Origin: Bacteroidota bacterium
GTDB taxonomy: Bacteria; Bacteroidota; Ignavibacteria; Kryptoniales; JAKASW01
DNA length: 64,000 nucleotides
Direction: 5' to 3'
Assembly: GCA_021825585.1 (NCBI GenBank)
Contig: JAKAGT010000008.1
Location: 53,513 to 117,512, forward strand
Shown: piece after piece, positions 30,127 through 40,185 of the stretch
Position numbering within the stretch: the stretch's first letter is position 1
How the letters are laid out: each line of letters opens with the position of its first letter
The notes under the pieces: generated by a model
Told to the model about the DNA's origin: nothing
What the model saw: only the letters and a program-made list of their open reading frames with translations
Database searches by the model: none
Program-made: the position numbers and the translations under genes

Positions 30127-30732
30127 TTAGAACTGCACCTTCGGGGCGACGCTTGCCCCCTCTACGGCTTCAAAATAAGCCCTCACATGAAAACCCGATA
30201 GCGAGGCAATTATTGCCGAAGGCATCCTTTGCACCAGAGTATTGTAACTCTGTACCGCCTGGTTGAAACGCATGCGTTCTACGGCGATCCGGTTCTCGGT
30301 TCCCTCAAGCTGCGATTGAAGAGCAAGGAAGTTCTGATTCGCTTTAAGGTCCGGATAATTCTCTGAGACCGCCAATAATCTCGAAAGAGCATTGCTCAGG
30401 CCGTCCTGCGCCTGCTGGAATCTGCGGAAAGCCTGCGGGTTGTCGAGAACTTGCGGTGTGATAGTCAGCTTGCCCACACTTGAACGGGCCTCTGCCACCT
30501 TCTCAAAAACGTCTGCTTCGTGCTTCGCGTATCCCTTTACCGTGGCAACGAGGTTCGGTATCAGATCATACCTGCGCTGGTACTGGTTCTCTACCTCCGC
30601 CCAGGACTGCTTTACGTTTTGATCGTAGGATACAAGATTATTGTAAACTCCAAATCCCCAACCGACGATACCGAGGGCAATCAGGATGATCGCGCCCAGT
30701 ATGGACAAAGCAATAATCGCTCCTCGCGACAT
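30127..30732 (-). CDS. lemA: LemA family protein
   Basis: QRRYDLIPNLV, ENYPDLKAN, LEGTENRIAVER; ATG 30732 follows AGGAG. Confidence 0.93.
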   Translation of the reverse strand: MSRGAIIALSILGAIILIALGIVGWGFGVYNNLVSYDQNVKQSWAEVENQYQRRYDLIPNLVATVKGYAKHEADVFEKVAEARSSVGKLTITPQVLDNPQAFRRFQQAQDGLSNALSRLLAVSENYPDLKANQNFLALQSQLEGTENRIAVERMRFNQAVQSYNTLVQRMPSAIIASLSGFHVRAYFEAVEGASVAPKVQF

Positions 30733-30755
30733 AGTCAACTCCTTTTGTTCGCATT

Positions 30756-30840
30756 AATTTAGACAAGGGGTGGTTCAAACTCAAGATTGCTCCGGCACGC
30801 CACGATCCACCTTGTTTATTTTGCGGCCTTCCTCTAACTT
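30756..30840. promoter_or_regulatory. Divergent promoters for lemA (-) and gcvPB (+)
   Basis: Minus: TTGAGT-17-TAAATT (30784-30756). Plus: TTGTTT-17-TAACTT (30812-30840). Confidence 0.5.
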
Positions 30841-30864
30841 GACGAAAAACAAAGAGAAAACGCA

Positions 30865-32310
30865 ATGCCTGAAAGACTCATCTTTGAAATATCCCGTGAA
30901 GGCAGAAAAGGTTACACGCTCCCCAAGATGGATGTGCCGGTCGATTCATTCAGGTCGTCCACGCCTGGAAAGTACCTAAGGGCTACGCCGGCAGAACTTC
31001 CGGAAGTCAGTGAAAACGAGGTCGTCCGTCATTTCGTCCGCCTGTCGAACATGAATTACCACATCGATAAGGGCTTCTACCCGCTCGGCTCATGCACCAT
31101 GAAGTACAATCCGAAGGTGAACGAAAAGGCGTCGGCGATGTCCGGCAATGCCGACATTCACCCGCTCGGACCCCAGGAAGCCGTGCAAGGGGCGCTGGAG
31201 CTGATGTACAATCTCGGTGATATGCTCCGGGAAATCGCCGGGATGTCGGCCGTGTCGCTTCAACCGGCTGCCGGAGCTCAGGGTGAGTTGACAGGGATAA
31301 TGCTCATAAGAAAATACCACGAATCCAAAGGTAAGGTCAGGAGCAAAATCCTCGTGCCCGATTCTGCTCACGGCACCAATCCTGCAAGTGTGGCAATAAG
31401 CGGATACAAGGCCGTCAGCATCAAGTCAAATCAGAACGGCACCGTAGACCTGGACGATCTCAGGCAGCATATCGACGACGAGGTCGCCGGCATGATGCTG
31501 ACAAACCCGAATACTCTGGGCATTTTCGAGAAGGACATAGTCAAAATCAGTAAGATGGTGCATGACGTCGGCGGGCTGATGTACATGGACGGCGCAAACC
31601 TGAATGCCATCGTTGGACTCGTTCGGCCGGGCGATATGGGTTTCGATGTCGTTCATATCAACCTGCACAAGACATTCTCGACTCCGCACGGCGGCGGCGG
31701 TCCGGGATCGGGCCCCGTTGCGGTCAACGACAAGCTCAGGGATTTCCTCCCCGTTCCGGTGATAGAGAAGAATGCGGGAAAATTCAGCCTGAATTTCAAC
31801 AAACCGAACAGCATCGGTAAAGTACATTCGTTCTTCGGAAACTTCGGGATGCACGTTCGTGCTTACACATATATCCTCTCTCATGGACCCGAAGGGTTGA
31901 GGGGCAACAGCATCAACGCAGTCATCAACGCCAACTACCTTCTCAGTAAGCTTCGAGGCTCGTTCCTGCTGCCGTATAAGGCGAGACCGATGCATGAGTT
32001 CGTTCTTTCGGCTGACACTCAGAAAGAGCGGGGTGTAAAAACACTGGATATCGCAAAGAGGCTCCTCGACTACGGATACCACGCCCCGACTATTTATTTT
32101 CCCCTGATAGTACACGAAGCCCTCATGATCGAGCCAACCGAGACGGAGACAAAAGAGACTCTCGACGAGTTCGCCAAAGCCCTCCTCTCGATAGATGAAG
32201 AGACCAAAACGTCGCCTGATACCGTTAAGTCCGCTCCGACGACCACTCCTGTTCGCCGCCTCGACGATGCACTTGCCGCGCGGAACGTCAATATCTGCTT
32301 CAAGGAATGA
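30865..32310 (+). CDS. gcvPB: Glycine dehydrogenase (decarboxylating) subunit 2
   Basis: [44 protein letters not shown]. Confidence 0.95.
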   Translation: MPERLIFEISREGRKGYTLPKMDVPVDSFRSSTPGKYLRATPAELPEVSENEVVRHFVRLSNMNYHIDKGFYPLGSCTMKYNPKVNEKASAMSGNADIHPLGPQEAVQGALELMYNLGDMLREIAGMSAVSLQPAAGAQGELTGIMLIRKYHESKGKVRSKILVPDSAHGTNPASVAISGYKAVSIKSNQNGTVDLDDLRQHIDDEVAGMMLTNPNTLGIFEKDIVKISKMVHDVGGLMYMDGANLNAIVGLVRPGDMGFDVVHINLHKTFSTPHGGGGPGSGPVAVNDKLRDFLPVPVIEKNAGKFSLNFNKPNSIGKVHSFFGNFGMHVRAYTYILSHGPEGLRGNSINAVINANYLLSKLRGSFLLPYKARPMHEFVLSADTQKERGVKTLDIAKRLLDYGYHAPTIYFPLIVHEALMIEPTETETKETLDEFAKALLSIDEETKTSPDTVKSAPTTTPVRRLDDALAARNVNICFKE

Positions 32311-32726
32311 ACGACTACATCATCGAAGAAGACGACGCGATCTCCGACATCCTGAAGGATGCGCGGACTATCGCAGTTGTCGGCGCCTCAACCGATCCGT
32401 ATCGCGACAGCAACATGATAGCGCACTACCTCATCAACAAAGGCTACGAGGTCTTCCCTGTAAATCCAAAATATGAGGAAGTGCTTGACAGGAAATGTTA
32501 CCCCAGCGTCGCGAGCATAGGCAGACAGATCGATATAGTCGATGTGTTTCGCAGGAGCGAATTCTTGGAGGAAGTGGCAAAAGATGCCGTATCTGCGAAA
32601 GTGCGCGTCCTCTGGATACAGCTTGGGATAGAAAATGAGGAGGCGGCGCATTATGCGGCAGAAAACGGCCTGCAGGTCGTGATGAACCGCTGCATAATGG
32701 TCGAGCACCGAAGGCTGATCAGGTAG
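32307..32726 (+). CDS. CoA-binding protein (YccU-like)
   Basis: IAVVGAS, PVNP, DIVDVFR, WIQLG, MNRC. Confidence 0.9.
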   Translation: MNDYIIEEDDAISDILKDARTIAVVGASTDPYRDSNMIAHYLINKGYEVFPVNPKYEEVLDRKCYPSVASIGRQIDIVDVFRRSEFLEEVAKDAVSAKVRVLWIQLGIENEEAAHYAAENGLQVVMNRCIMVEHRRLIR

Positions 32727-32851
32727 TCTGAATTTGCCCCGGCGTTTTAGCCCGGGAGAAGAAGAAATTGGTTTCGAATGACCGGCCGCTCCTCCCTGCT
32801 CAAAGTTCCATGAGGTTCTAAACTCCCAAAAAGTGGTTTTCGACCCGCCAT

Positions 32852-34117
32852 TCAGGTCTTTTGCGGCTTCCTTTGCGCGGCCGGGAACAGGATGTTGTTT
32901 AGAATTAACCTGTAGCCTGGGGAATTCTTGTGAAGCGAAAGATCGGTCGGCGGATCGCCGACAAGATGTTCGTACGCCGCCGGGTCGTGCCCGCCAAGAA
33001 ATGTCCAGGTCCCTTTCCCGAAGTCGCCATGAATATATTTCACTTCCTGCGTCCCCTCTTTCTGGCCCATGATGATGACGTCGGGTTTGATTAGATCTTT
33101 CCGGAACGATGTGGTCTGTCCCATGAAGTTGTGGATGACGTTCACCTGGTCCTGCGTCAACATCGTCGGCACGGGGTCGTACTTCGCAGAGAACTTGAAA
33201 AGCGTGAAGTAATCCGTTGACGGATCCCTGAACTGCACCATGTCGTTGGGAGGATCGTTGATGTTCGAGAAGCCATAGACATACGGGTTCTCGATAATTT
33301 TGAAATTCTGGAAAGCGAGACAATTGGCATAATCGAGCTTTTCCTGAGCATTCGGATCAGGCGGATCGCCGTCAAACACGGCGTCGCATATGTCCACATG
33401 CTGCGCGGCCAGCGCAATGTCCAGCGTCTCGGTGGCAGAACACATCGCAAAAAGGAAGCCGCCGCGTCCAACATACTGTTTTATCGCCTCGGCGACCGCC
33501 TTCTTTTCGTCTGAGACTTTCTTGAACCCCAGGCGGTGCGCCTCCTTCTCATAAGTAGCCACTTCCTCCTGATACCATGGAGCGTTGGCATATGTCCCGT
33601 AGAACTTACCGTACTGGCCGGTGAAGTCCTCGTGGTGCAGGTGCAGCCAGTCGAACTTGTTGATCTTTCCGTCCAAGACATCCTGGTCCCAGACCTGAGT
33701 GTAGGGTATCTGTGCATAGTTAAGCGCAAGCGTCACCGCATCGTCCCACGGTTTGTAATTGGGCGGTATGTAAACAGCGATCTTCGGCGCCTTCTCCAAT
33801 CGCACTACATCCATGTTATTATCGGCATTCTGCACCACGGCGTATATTTCCGCGGCTTGAGCCGCCGACAATTCGTCGAAAGCTACTCCGCGTATCCTGC
33901 ACATGTTCGCGAGATCATCGTTATAATCCATCATGAAAGATCCGCCGCGGTAATTCAACAGCCAGTCGACGTCGATCTTATGTTCGAGGGCGTAGTAGGC
34001 TACACCATAAGCCTTGATGTCGTTGGTTTGCTTAAGGTCCATGTATATGAACAGTTTGCTCTGTGCGAAGGCCGTCGCGGCAAACAAAACCAGCATCACG
34101 AATAATATCTTCTTCAT
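32852..34117 (-). CDS. Exported conserved protein with a class-I glutamine amidotransferase-like segment
   Basis: Signal peptide; KAYG..Y, WLLNYRGGSF, PWDDAV, DWLHLHHEDFTGQYGKFY, GGFLFAMCSA. I recall this FCB family being labelled 'asparagine synthetase B', but it has no AsnB motifs. Confidence 0.7.
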   Translation of the reverse strand: MKKILFVMLVLFAATAFAQSKLFIYMDLKQTNDIKAYGVAYYALEHKIDVDWLLNYRGGSFMMDYNDDLANMCRIRGVAFDELSAAQAAEIYAVVQNADNNMDVVRLEKAPKIAVYIPPNYKPWDDAVTLALNYAQIPYTQVWDQDVLDGKINKFDWLHLHHEDFTGQYGKFYGTYANAPWYQEEVATYEKEAHRLGFKKVSDEKKAVAEAIKQYVGRGGFLFAMCSATETLDIALAAQHVDICDAVFDGDPPDPNAQEKLDYANCLAFQNFKIIENPYVYGFSNINDPPNDMVQFRDPSTDYFTLFKFSAKYDPVPTMLTQDQVNVIHNFMGQTTSFRKDLIKPDVIIMGQKEGTQEVKYIHGDFGKGTWTFLGGHDPAAYEHLVGDPPTDLSLHKNSPGYRLILNNILFPAAQRKPQKT

Positions 34118-34126
34118 CGTATCTCC

Positions 34127-35971
34127 CTATGAATTATTGCCGAGCAAGTCTCTGATTATCGAGCGTACCCGGTCCTGAAGAATCGAGTTCGGGAAACGTG
34201 CCAGGAAACTCTCGTATTCATCGATTGCCTTTTGCTTTTCATGCAGAGTCTCCTGATAGATCCTGCAAATCCTGAATTGTGCCCGGTCCGCAAAAATCCC
34301 CGTGCTGTCCTGTGAGAGTTCAGAATAATACTTAAGCGCCTTATCGACTTGACCCATCTTGCAGTACGCCCCGGCCAGATCGAATCGAGCGTTCTCGGCG
34401 AGCGGAACGGACGGATACTCCTGCAGGATCGCTTCCCATTGCGCGGCTGCTTCGGGAATGCGGTTGGAAACGCTCATCGCATCGGCGGCTGCGTAGCTTT
34501 TGAGCGCAGGCGGATTACCTGCATTGTCGGCAATGAGATTGGAAAGCTGGATGGACTCATTCGCGGCGTCGGACATAGGATTCGAAGTTACCCGATTGAG
34601 ATAATACTTCGAGCTGTCATAAAGTCCCAAAAAATAAAGTGCACGGCCTGCCTGATACTCGAGCCTGTCGTAGTAACGGTCATTCTGTTCGTTGCTCACC
34701 TGGATAGCCTGCTGTACATCTTTCACCGCGTCCGCGAATTTCCCTTCCATGATAGATAATTCCACGCGAGTGAGAATTACCTCGTACGGGTTCGCCGACA
34801 GGATCCCGGCATATTGCGACAGCAGTCTCTCCGCGCTGTTGAAATCATGAAAGTAATTCATGTCTATCTCAACCGAGCTCAACACGGCTTCTGTCATGTA
34901 CTGAGTCTTCGGGTATTCATCGATGATTCTGCCATAGGCGGCAAGTGAAGCATTCAGGTCCCTGAGAGTGTCGCTCGTCGCACACGGGTGGTCGTCTTCG
35001 GAGTAGACTTGTTCCCCGAGCGCACGCAACGACCGCGCATATCCGACAAGAGCCTGCGGAACGAGCGGGCTCTTGTCAGCAGTGTTCACGATATCCCGAT
35101 ATGCATCTGCGGCTGGCTGGTATCCTCCGTTTGCGTAGGCCTGATCCGCAAATGCGAGGAGCTCGTCGCCGTGCGAACCGGCACGCTTATCCAGCCACTT
35201 ATAAGTATCGTATGCGGCAGAATAATTCTTCTGAACCATGTACAGGAAAGCAAGGATCTGCCGGTAGTCCAGGTTGTCGGAATTCTTCTTTATTTCCTTC
35301 TCCATCTCGCCGGTAAACTGTGCGAGTGCATCCTTGCTTGATGCGAAAGCACCCAGCTCTGATTGTATGTACGCCATAGCTGAAGGTTTGTTCTCGTACC
35401 GAAACAGCTCCAATATCTCTCTAAGTGACTGAGAGTAGTTCATATTGAGAAAATACAGCCTGGCTATCTCCCTGATGAAAATCGCCTTCGAGTCTGTAAG
35501 ACTCTTTCCTTTCTTAAACACTTCAATCGCCTTCTCAAACAGGCGGTTATTTACCATGACGCCGGCGACAGCCCGATAGACGTTTGGGTCCTTCGGATTT
35601 ACTTTGATGGCTTCTTCCCACACAATCATCGCCGAGTCGGATTCTCCCCCTTTATAAAAGGCATCGCCAAGCTGGCACATGAGGACGACGTTGTTCGGAT
35701 CAGTTTTCAGCCTGGCTTCAATGAGTCGTTCGGCCTCAGGGTATTTTTTCAGATACATGTAGATACGCTTCAGGCCGTCAAAGTATACAAAGTTGCCGGG
35801 GACCATTTCATGAAGCTGCTCATAGAATCCCAGCGCCTTCTCGTATTCGCCTGCCTGTTCGAGAGCTTCCGCGATTCTGAACTTGTTCAATTCGTCGGCG
35901 CTTTGAGCCGATGCGGATCGAACAACGGACGCAACAACTATGATTACCAGACAGAGATAATACTTAATCAC
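34127..35971 (-). CDS. Exported TPR protein
   Basis: Signal peptide from GTG 35971 (VIKYYLCLVIIVVASVVRSASAQ); many TPRs; C-terminal FPNS motif. Confidence 0.8.
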   Translation of the reverse strand: MIKYYLCLVIIVVASVVRSASAQSADELNKFRIAEALEQAGEYEKALGFYEQLHEMVPGNFVYFDGLKRIYMYLKKYPEAERLIEARLKTDPNNVVLMCQLGDAFYKGGESDSAMIVWEEAIKVNPKDPNVYRAVAGVMVNNRLFEKAIEVFKKGKSLTDSKAIFIREIARLYFLNMNYSQSLREILELFRYENKPSAMAYIQSELGAFASSKDALAQFTGEMEKEIKKNSDNLDYRQILAFLYMVQKNYSAAYDTYKWLDKRAGSHGDELLAFADQAYANGGYQPAADAYRDIVNTADKSPLVPQALVGYARSLRALGEQVYSEDDHPCATSDTLRDLNASLAAYGRIIDEYPKTQYMTEAVLSSVEIDMNYFHDFNSAERLLSQYAGILSANPYEVILTRVELSIMEGKFADAVKDVQQAIQVSNEQNDRYYDRLEYQAGRALYFLGLYDSSKYYLNRVTSNPMSDAANESIQLSNLIADNAGNPPALKSYAAADAMSVSNRIPEAAAQWEAILQEYPSVPLAENARFDLAGAYCKMGQVDKALKYYSELSQDSTGIFADRAQFRICRIYQETLHEKQKAIDEYESFLARFPNSILQDRVRSIIRDLLGNNS

Positions 35972-35977
35972 GAATCG

Positions 35978-36006
35978 AAAATAGTTTTGTGTTTGGATAT
36001 TAACAA
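35978..36006 (-). promoter_or_regulatory. Promoter with leaderless-type spacing
   Basis: TTGTTA-17bp-TATTTT, ending 6 nt before GTG 35971. Confidence 0.55.
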
Positions 36007-36112
36007 TGAACCAGAATTTCCCGTCCCCATTTGACAAAACCGGCCAGACACCCGGCCCGGGAAAGTGGGAGTCAGGTCCCCGGGATTGGGTGTCCGCAAT
36101 CCTTGTAAGTTC

Positions 36113-37789
36113 CTATTTGAAGTCCTCTTCGTAGAACTCGAAGTTGCCCTTTATCTCCTTGTTCACCTCCTGAGAACGAAGCTGTACCCGCCTTATCTTT
36201 CCGGAGATAGTTTTGGGCAGATCCTGCACGAATTCCATCTTCCTCACACGCTTGAAAGCAGCAACCTTGTCCTTGACGAAGGCGAATATTTCTCTCGCGG
36301 TCTTCTGAGACGGCTCGAAGCCCGGGGCGAGAATCACATATGCCTTCGGCACGAACCCCCGAATCGGATCGGGAGAAGGAATCACGGCGGCTTCGGCGAC
36401 CGCCGGGGACTCGACCAGCGCACTTTCAATCTCGAAGGGGCTGATTCGATAGTCAGAGCTCTTGAATACGTCGTCCGCTCTCCCCACGAACCAGAAATAT
36501 CCCTCCTGGTCACGGGTGGCCACGTCACCCGTTCTGTAGTATCCTCCCGACATCACAGTTCTCGTCTTTGCGACATCATCGGCATAGTTTATCATCAGGC
36601 CCATCGGACGTGGGTCCAACTTAATTACGACTTCGCCCTCGTCCGACTCCATGCCGTCGCCGTCGAGGAGTTCTATGCGGTATCCCGGCGCCGGCCTTCC
36701 CATAGCACCGAGCTTCACTATGGCACCCGGCATGTTCCCCACTTGCAGAGTCGTCTCAGTCTGGCCGTATCCGTCTCTGATTGTGATTCCCCACTCCGAA
36801 TTTACCTTGGATATCACTTCCGGGTTCAGGGGCTCGCCTGCACTCACCAATTCGCGGAGCGCGGCAGGCTTTGGTTTGATATCCTCGAGCACCAGCATTC
36901 TCCAGACCGTAGGCGGGGCACAGAGCGTGTTTACATCGTATTTTCTTAGAACCTCAAGGAGCGCCTTCGGGAAAAACCTGGAATACTTGTAGAGGAAGAT
37001 CCCAGCGCCCGCGTTCCACGGTGCAAAGAACGAGCTCCATGCGTGTTTTGCCCAACCCGGTGAACTTATATTGAGATGCAAGTCACCCTCACGAAGTCCG
37101 ATCCAATACATCGTGGAGAGGTGTCCTATTGGATATGAGCCGTTTGTATGCAACACCATCTTTGGCTGTGCGGTTGTGCCAGAGGTGAAATAGAGAAAGA
37201 GAGAGTCAGTAATTTTTGTCTGCACTTCCGGCTTGTATGCAACTAATGAATTATATGCCTCTTCGTACGAAATCCAACCGTCTTGTTTACCGCCGATTAC
37301 TACCTTTGCGAAGTCACCCTCAATACCATGAAACTTTTCGGCGTTCTCCTGAAGTGTGACAACAAGCTTGACTCTACCTCTTTTGATCCGATCTTGTATG
37401 TCGTTTCTTGTCAGGAGTAGTGAAGATGGTATAAGAACCGCGCCGAGTTTAATTGATGCCAGCATCACCTCCCACAGCTCCGGCTGGTTGTCCAGCATTA
37501 GCAGCACCCTGCTTCCGCGGTTAATTCCCAGGCGCTTGAAGAAATTCGCTACCCTGCTCGATCTCTCGGATAGTTCCGCAAACGAATACTTCGACTCCTC
37601 ACCCTTTTCATCTACAATCCAGAGCGCCGTCCGATTGTTGCCCTCAGCGTAGCGATCAAAGTAATCGATTGCCCAGTTGAAATCCTCAATGTCCGGCCAC
37701 CTGAATCCGTAGTATGCCGACTCGTAGTCTTCGCGCCTCGTCTGAAGGAAATCGCGTGCCTTAAGGAACTTTTCAATCTCGGCTTTCAT
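36113..37789 (-). CDS. Acyl-CoA synthetase (AMP-binding, ACSM/acetate-CoA ligase-like)
   Basis: YFTSGTTAQPK, SAGEPLNP, DGYGQTE, YRTGD, GRADD, PKTISGKIRR. Confidence 0.92.
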   Translation of the reverse strand: MKAEIEKFLKARDFLQTRREDYESAYYGFRWPDIEDFNWAIDYFDRYAEGNNRTALWIVDEKGEESKYSFAELSERSSRVANFFKRLGINRGSRVLLMLDNQPELWEVMLASIKLGAVLIPSSLLLTRNDIQDRIKRGRVKLVVTLQENAEKFHGIEGDFAKVVIGGKQDGWISYEEAYNSLVAYKPEVQTKITDSLFLYFTSGTTAQPKMVLHTNGSYPIGHLSTMYWIGLREGDLHLNISSPGWAKHAWSSFFAPWNAGAGIFLYKYSRFFPKALLEVLRKYDVNTLCAPPTVWRMLVLEDIKPKPAALRELVSAGEPLNPEVISKVNSEWGITIRDGYGQTETTLQVGNMPGAIVKLGAMGRPAPGYRIELLDGDGMESDEGEVVIKLDPRPMGLMINYADDVAKTRTVMSGGYYRTGDVATRDQEGYFWFVGRADDVFKSSDYRISPFEIESALVESPAVAEAAVIPSPDPIRGFVPKAYVILAPGFEPSQKTAREIFAFVKDKVAAFKRVRKMEFVQDLPKTISGKIRRVQLRSQEVNKEIKGNFEFYEEDFK

Positions 37790-37848
37790 GATAACCTCTC
37801 CTTGATTTATTTTATATGAATGCGTCTCAGTTAACTGCCGAAACCAGG

Positions 37849-38745
37849 TTAGTTATCGGGATTCAGCCGATACTTGTTCCAGTATCGAATCAGACCGGGA
37901 ACATTCATCCAGAACGGGTCGGCGTTCCTGTATCGGTCTATCATTTCCTGATCCAGACCGGAATTTCTCATACTGCCGGTCACATAAGAGTCGAATTCGG
38001 AGATTATCCCGGCCTCGTCTTTACCTTCTCTCAATCTGTCCCCGACCCAGCCGGTCCAATCGAGAAGTCTCGCCCTCAACTCGTCAAGGTACGAAACAAC
38101 GTCCGTCGACTTTCCGAAATGTGTCGGGTATATCGCGGCAGGTTTCAACCTTCTTATCTTCTCGATCGAAGACAGCCAGATCTCGACGTTTATATCCGGG
38201 GCGGGAGTCGGAGGGAACACCGGTCCATTCTTTATTCTGATTCCTCCTACGTCGCCGGTGAAGGCATTGCCTTCCACGAAATAGGTGTTATGGTGGGATG
38301 CATGTCCTTGAGTGTCAACAGCCCTAACTACAGTATCTCCGACAGCAACTTCTTCGCCGTCCAACATCTGATGCAGCCTGTCTTGTGAAATCGGATTTAC
38401 TCTGCCCCACAGCTCGCCCATTCTTTCCTTGTAAATCCGGCTTGCGGAATTAACAAGCTTGCTCGGGTCGTTGAGATGCCTAGCACCATTAGGATGCACG
38501 TAAATAGTCGCGCCATTATCGGCAAAATGCCATGCCGCACCTGCGTGGTCAAGGTGGACATGCGTGACAAAGACTTTCCTCACATCTCTCGTATCAAATC
38601 CCAGTTTCTTGATTCCCTCGATCAAATTACCGTACACTGAATCCGGACCGGACTCGATAAGAGCAAGCTCGGAATCTGTTTCAATCAGGTAGGATGCTAT
38701 TGTTTCGGGGGTAAAGAAGTTAAGATCAATGGTGTGAGCAATCAC
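37849..38745 (-). CDS. MBL-fold metallo-hydrolase
   Basis: THVHLDHAG, GHASHH, TGD, THFG. Confidence 0.9.
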   Translation of the reverse strand: MIAHTIDLNFFTPETIASYLIETDSELALIESGPDSVYGNLIEGIKKLGFDTRDVRKVFVTHVHLDHAGAAWHFADNGATIYVHPNGARHLNDPSKLVNSASRIYKERMGELWGRVNPISQDRLHQMLDGEEVAVGDTVVRAVDTQGHASHHNTYFVEGNAFTGDVGGIRIKNGPVFPPTPAPDINVEIWLSSIEKIRRLKPAAIYPTHFGKSTDVVSYLDELRARLLDWTGWVGDRLREGKDEAGIISEFDSYVTGSMRNSGLDQEMIDRYRNADPFWMNVPGLIRYWNKYRLNPDN

Positions 38746-38817
38746 GTTCCTTGTTCCCTTTCAGATTGGTAAAATACTCGTGTTGAAGGACAGCCGGATC
38801 GACTCAATCGCAGACAG

Positions 38818-38846
38818 AATTTAGACTCCCCCAACAGAGAAATCAA
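38818..38846 (-). promoter_or_regulatory. Promoter of the MBL hydrolase / acyl-CoA synthetase genes
   Basis: TTGATT-17bp-TAAATT. Confidence 0.5.
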
Positions 38847-38977
38847 GCTGAGGCGAATCGATGGCGGACATCATTCCATCCTTCTGACCATCGGACTGTC
38901 AAGAAGCGCCACGTCGGTAACTGAAGTCGGGCGGGATCTTATCACCATCGGATCAAGGGAAACAAGCCATGGTGAAC

Positions 38978-39032
38978 ATGACAAATCTGTAATCTTGCCG
39001 TAAGATTCCGGTAAGTCTTCCCTGTTTAAATT
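38978..39032 (+). promoter_or_regulatory. CusR/CopR-type operator plus -10 element upstream of the RND operon
   Basis: Imperfect palindrome ATGACAAATCTGTAAT (38978-38993); GTAA(T/G) at 38989, 39000 and 39011 (11-bp period); -10 TAAATT at 39027-39032 with no TTG -35. Confidence 0.65.
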
Positions 39033-39058
39033 TTTGTAGCACATTAAGGATATGAATC

Positions 39059-40126
39059 ATGAACAGATGGAAGACAATCGTTATTGCCGGAATTCTTGCG
39101 GTCATTTTTTCATTCGGAGTGTACGCCATGCGATCTCCGGGAACCGTTTCTCACTTGATGGGAATCGAAACCAATACAGCCGGGGATCATGTCGTGTCAG
39201 CCACGGCCGCTGACGGCCCATCACCTCAAGTAGAAGGTGGTGTCCTGGAAGTTAGCAGCCAGAGCCAAAGGGCTTCCGGTATCGTCACGAGAAGACTCGC
39301 GGCGGTCTCACACTCGGCCAGCGCAACGGCGTATGGCGAAGTCGTGGATGTCAGGAACCTCATTGAACTCATGAACAGTTATACCGCCGCAAGGGCCCAG
39401 GCCCGCAAGTCGGTGCTCCAGCTTGGCATTTCCCGGGATGAATACATGCGGGCGAAGATGCTTTTCAGTTCGACTAAGTACCTTTCATTGGAGAAGCTGC
39501 AAGGTGCCGAGGCCGCTTACAATTCGGACATAGCCGACAGCGAAGCCGCCTTCCAGAATTTGTCGGGACTTGAGGGAGAAATTGTTCAGGCATGGGGGAG
39601 CGTCATCGCAAAATGGATAGTTCACAATTCTCCCGTTGCAAAGAGACTAGTTGAGCACCGGCTCTCCATAGTTCTTATCACATTGCCGGCAGGTGAAAGT
39701 GTAAGCCAACCGCCGCTCACTGCGGAGATAGAAGGAACAGGTGGAAAGCCACTCACAGCGACACTCATATCCATCTCACCAGTTTCAAATGCGGCCATAC
39801 AAGGGGTAAGTTATTTCTATCAGGTGCCCACCGATCCTTATCTCCCTGTTGGCATGAATGTCATCGCTCATTTGCCTGTCGGAGCGCAAGCGGTCGGAGT
39901 GATGGTTCCCTCTTCGGCCGTTGTGTGGCAAAAAGGAAGTGCATGGGTATTTCTAAGAACGGAGGAGACTGACTTCGTTCAAAAGGAAATATCCCTCGCC
40001 GAACCGACAGGAAACGGATGGTTTGTAATTCGCGGCGTCAAACCCGGCGACGAAGTGGTAGTCGACGGGTCTCAGCTTCTGCTCTCGCAGGAGTTCAAAG
40101 CACAGGCCCAGGGAAACGACGATTAG
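39059..40126 (+). CDS. RND efflux periplasmic adaptor (membrane fusion protein)
   Basis: N-terminal anchor, alpha-hairpin, VPSSAVV, GVKPGDEVVVDGSQLL. Confidence 0.85.
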   Translation: MNRWKTIVIAGILAVIFSFGVYAMRSPGTVSHLMGIETNTAGDHVVSATAADGPSPQVEGGVLEVSSQSQRASGIVTRRLAAVSHSASATAYGEVVDVRNLIELMNSYTAARAQARKSVLQLGISRDEYMRAKMLFSSTKYLSLEKLQGAEAAYNSDIADSEAAFQNLSGLEGEIVQAWGSVIAKWIVHNSPVAKRLVEHRLSIVLITLPAGESVSQPPLTAEIEGTGGKPLTATLISISPVSNAAIQGVSYFYQVPTDPYLPVGMNVIAHLPVGAQAVGVMVPSSAVVWQKGSAWVFLRTEETDFVQKEISLAEPTGNGWFVIRGVKPGDEVVVDGSQLLLSQEFKAQAQGNDD

Positions 40127-40185
40127 TCCTGCATGATTACTGTCCGTTCAACTGAACTCCCATCACAAACTGACTGCCGTAAACA

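Noticed and set aside
32388-33323. 311-aa minus-strand ORF
   Set aside because: Alternate frame overlapping two well-supported genes; no motifs
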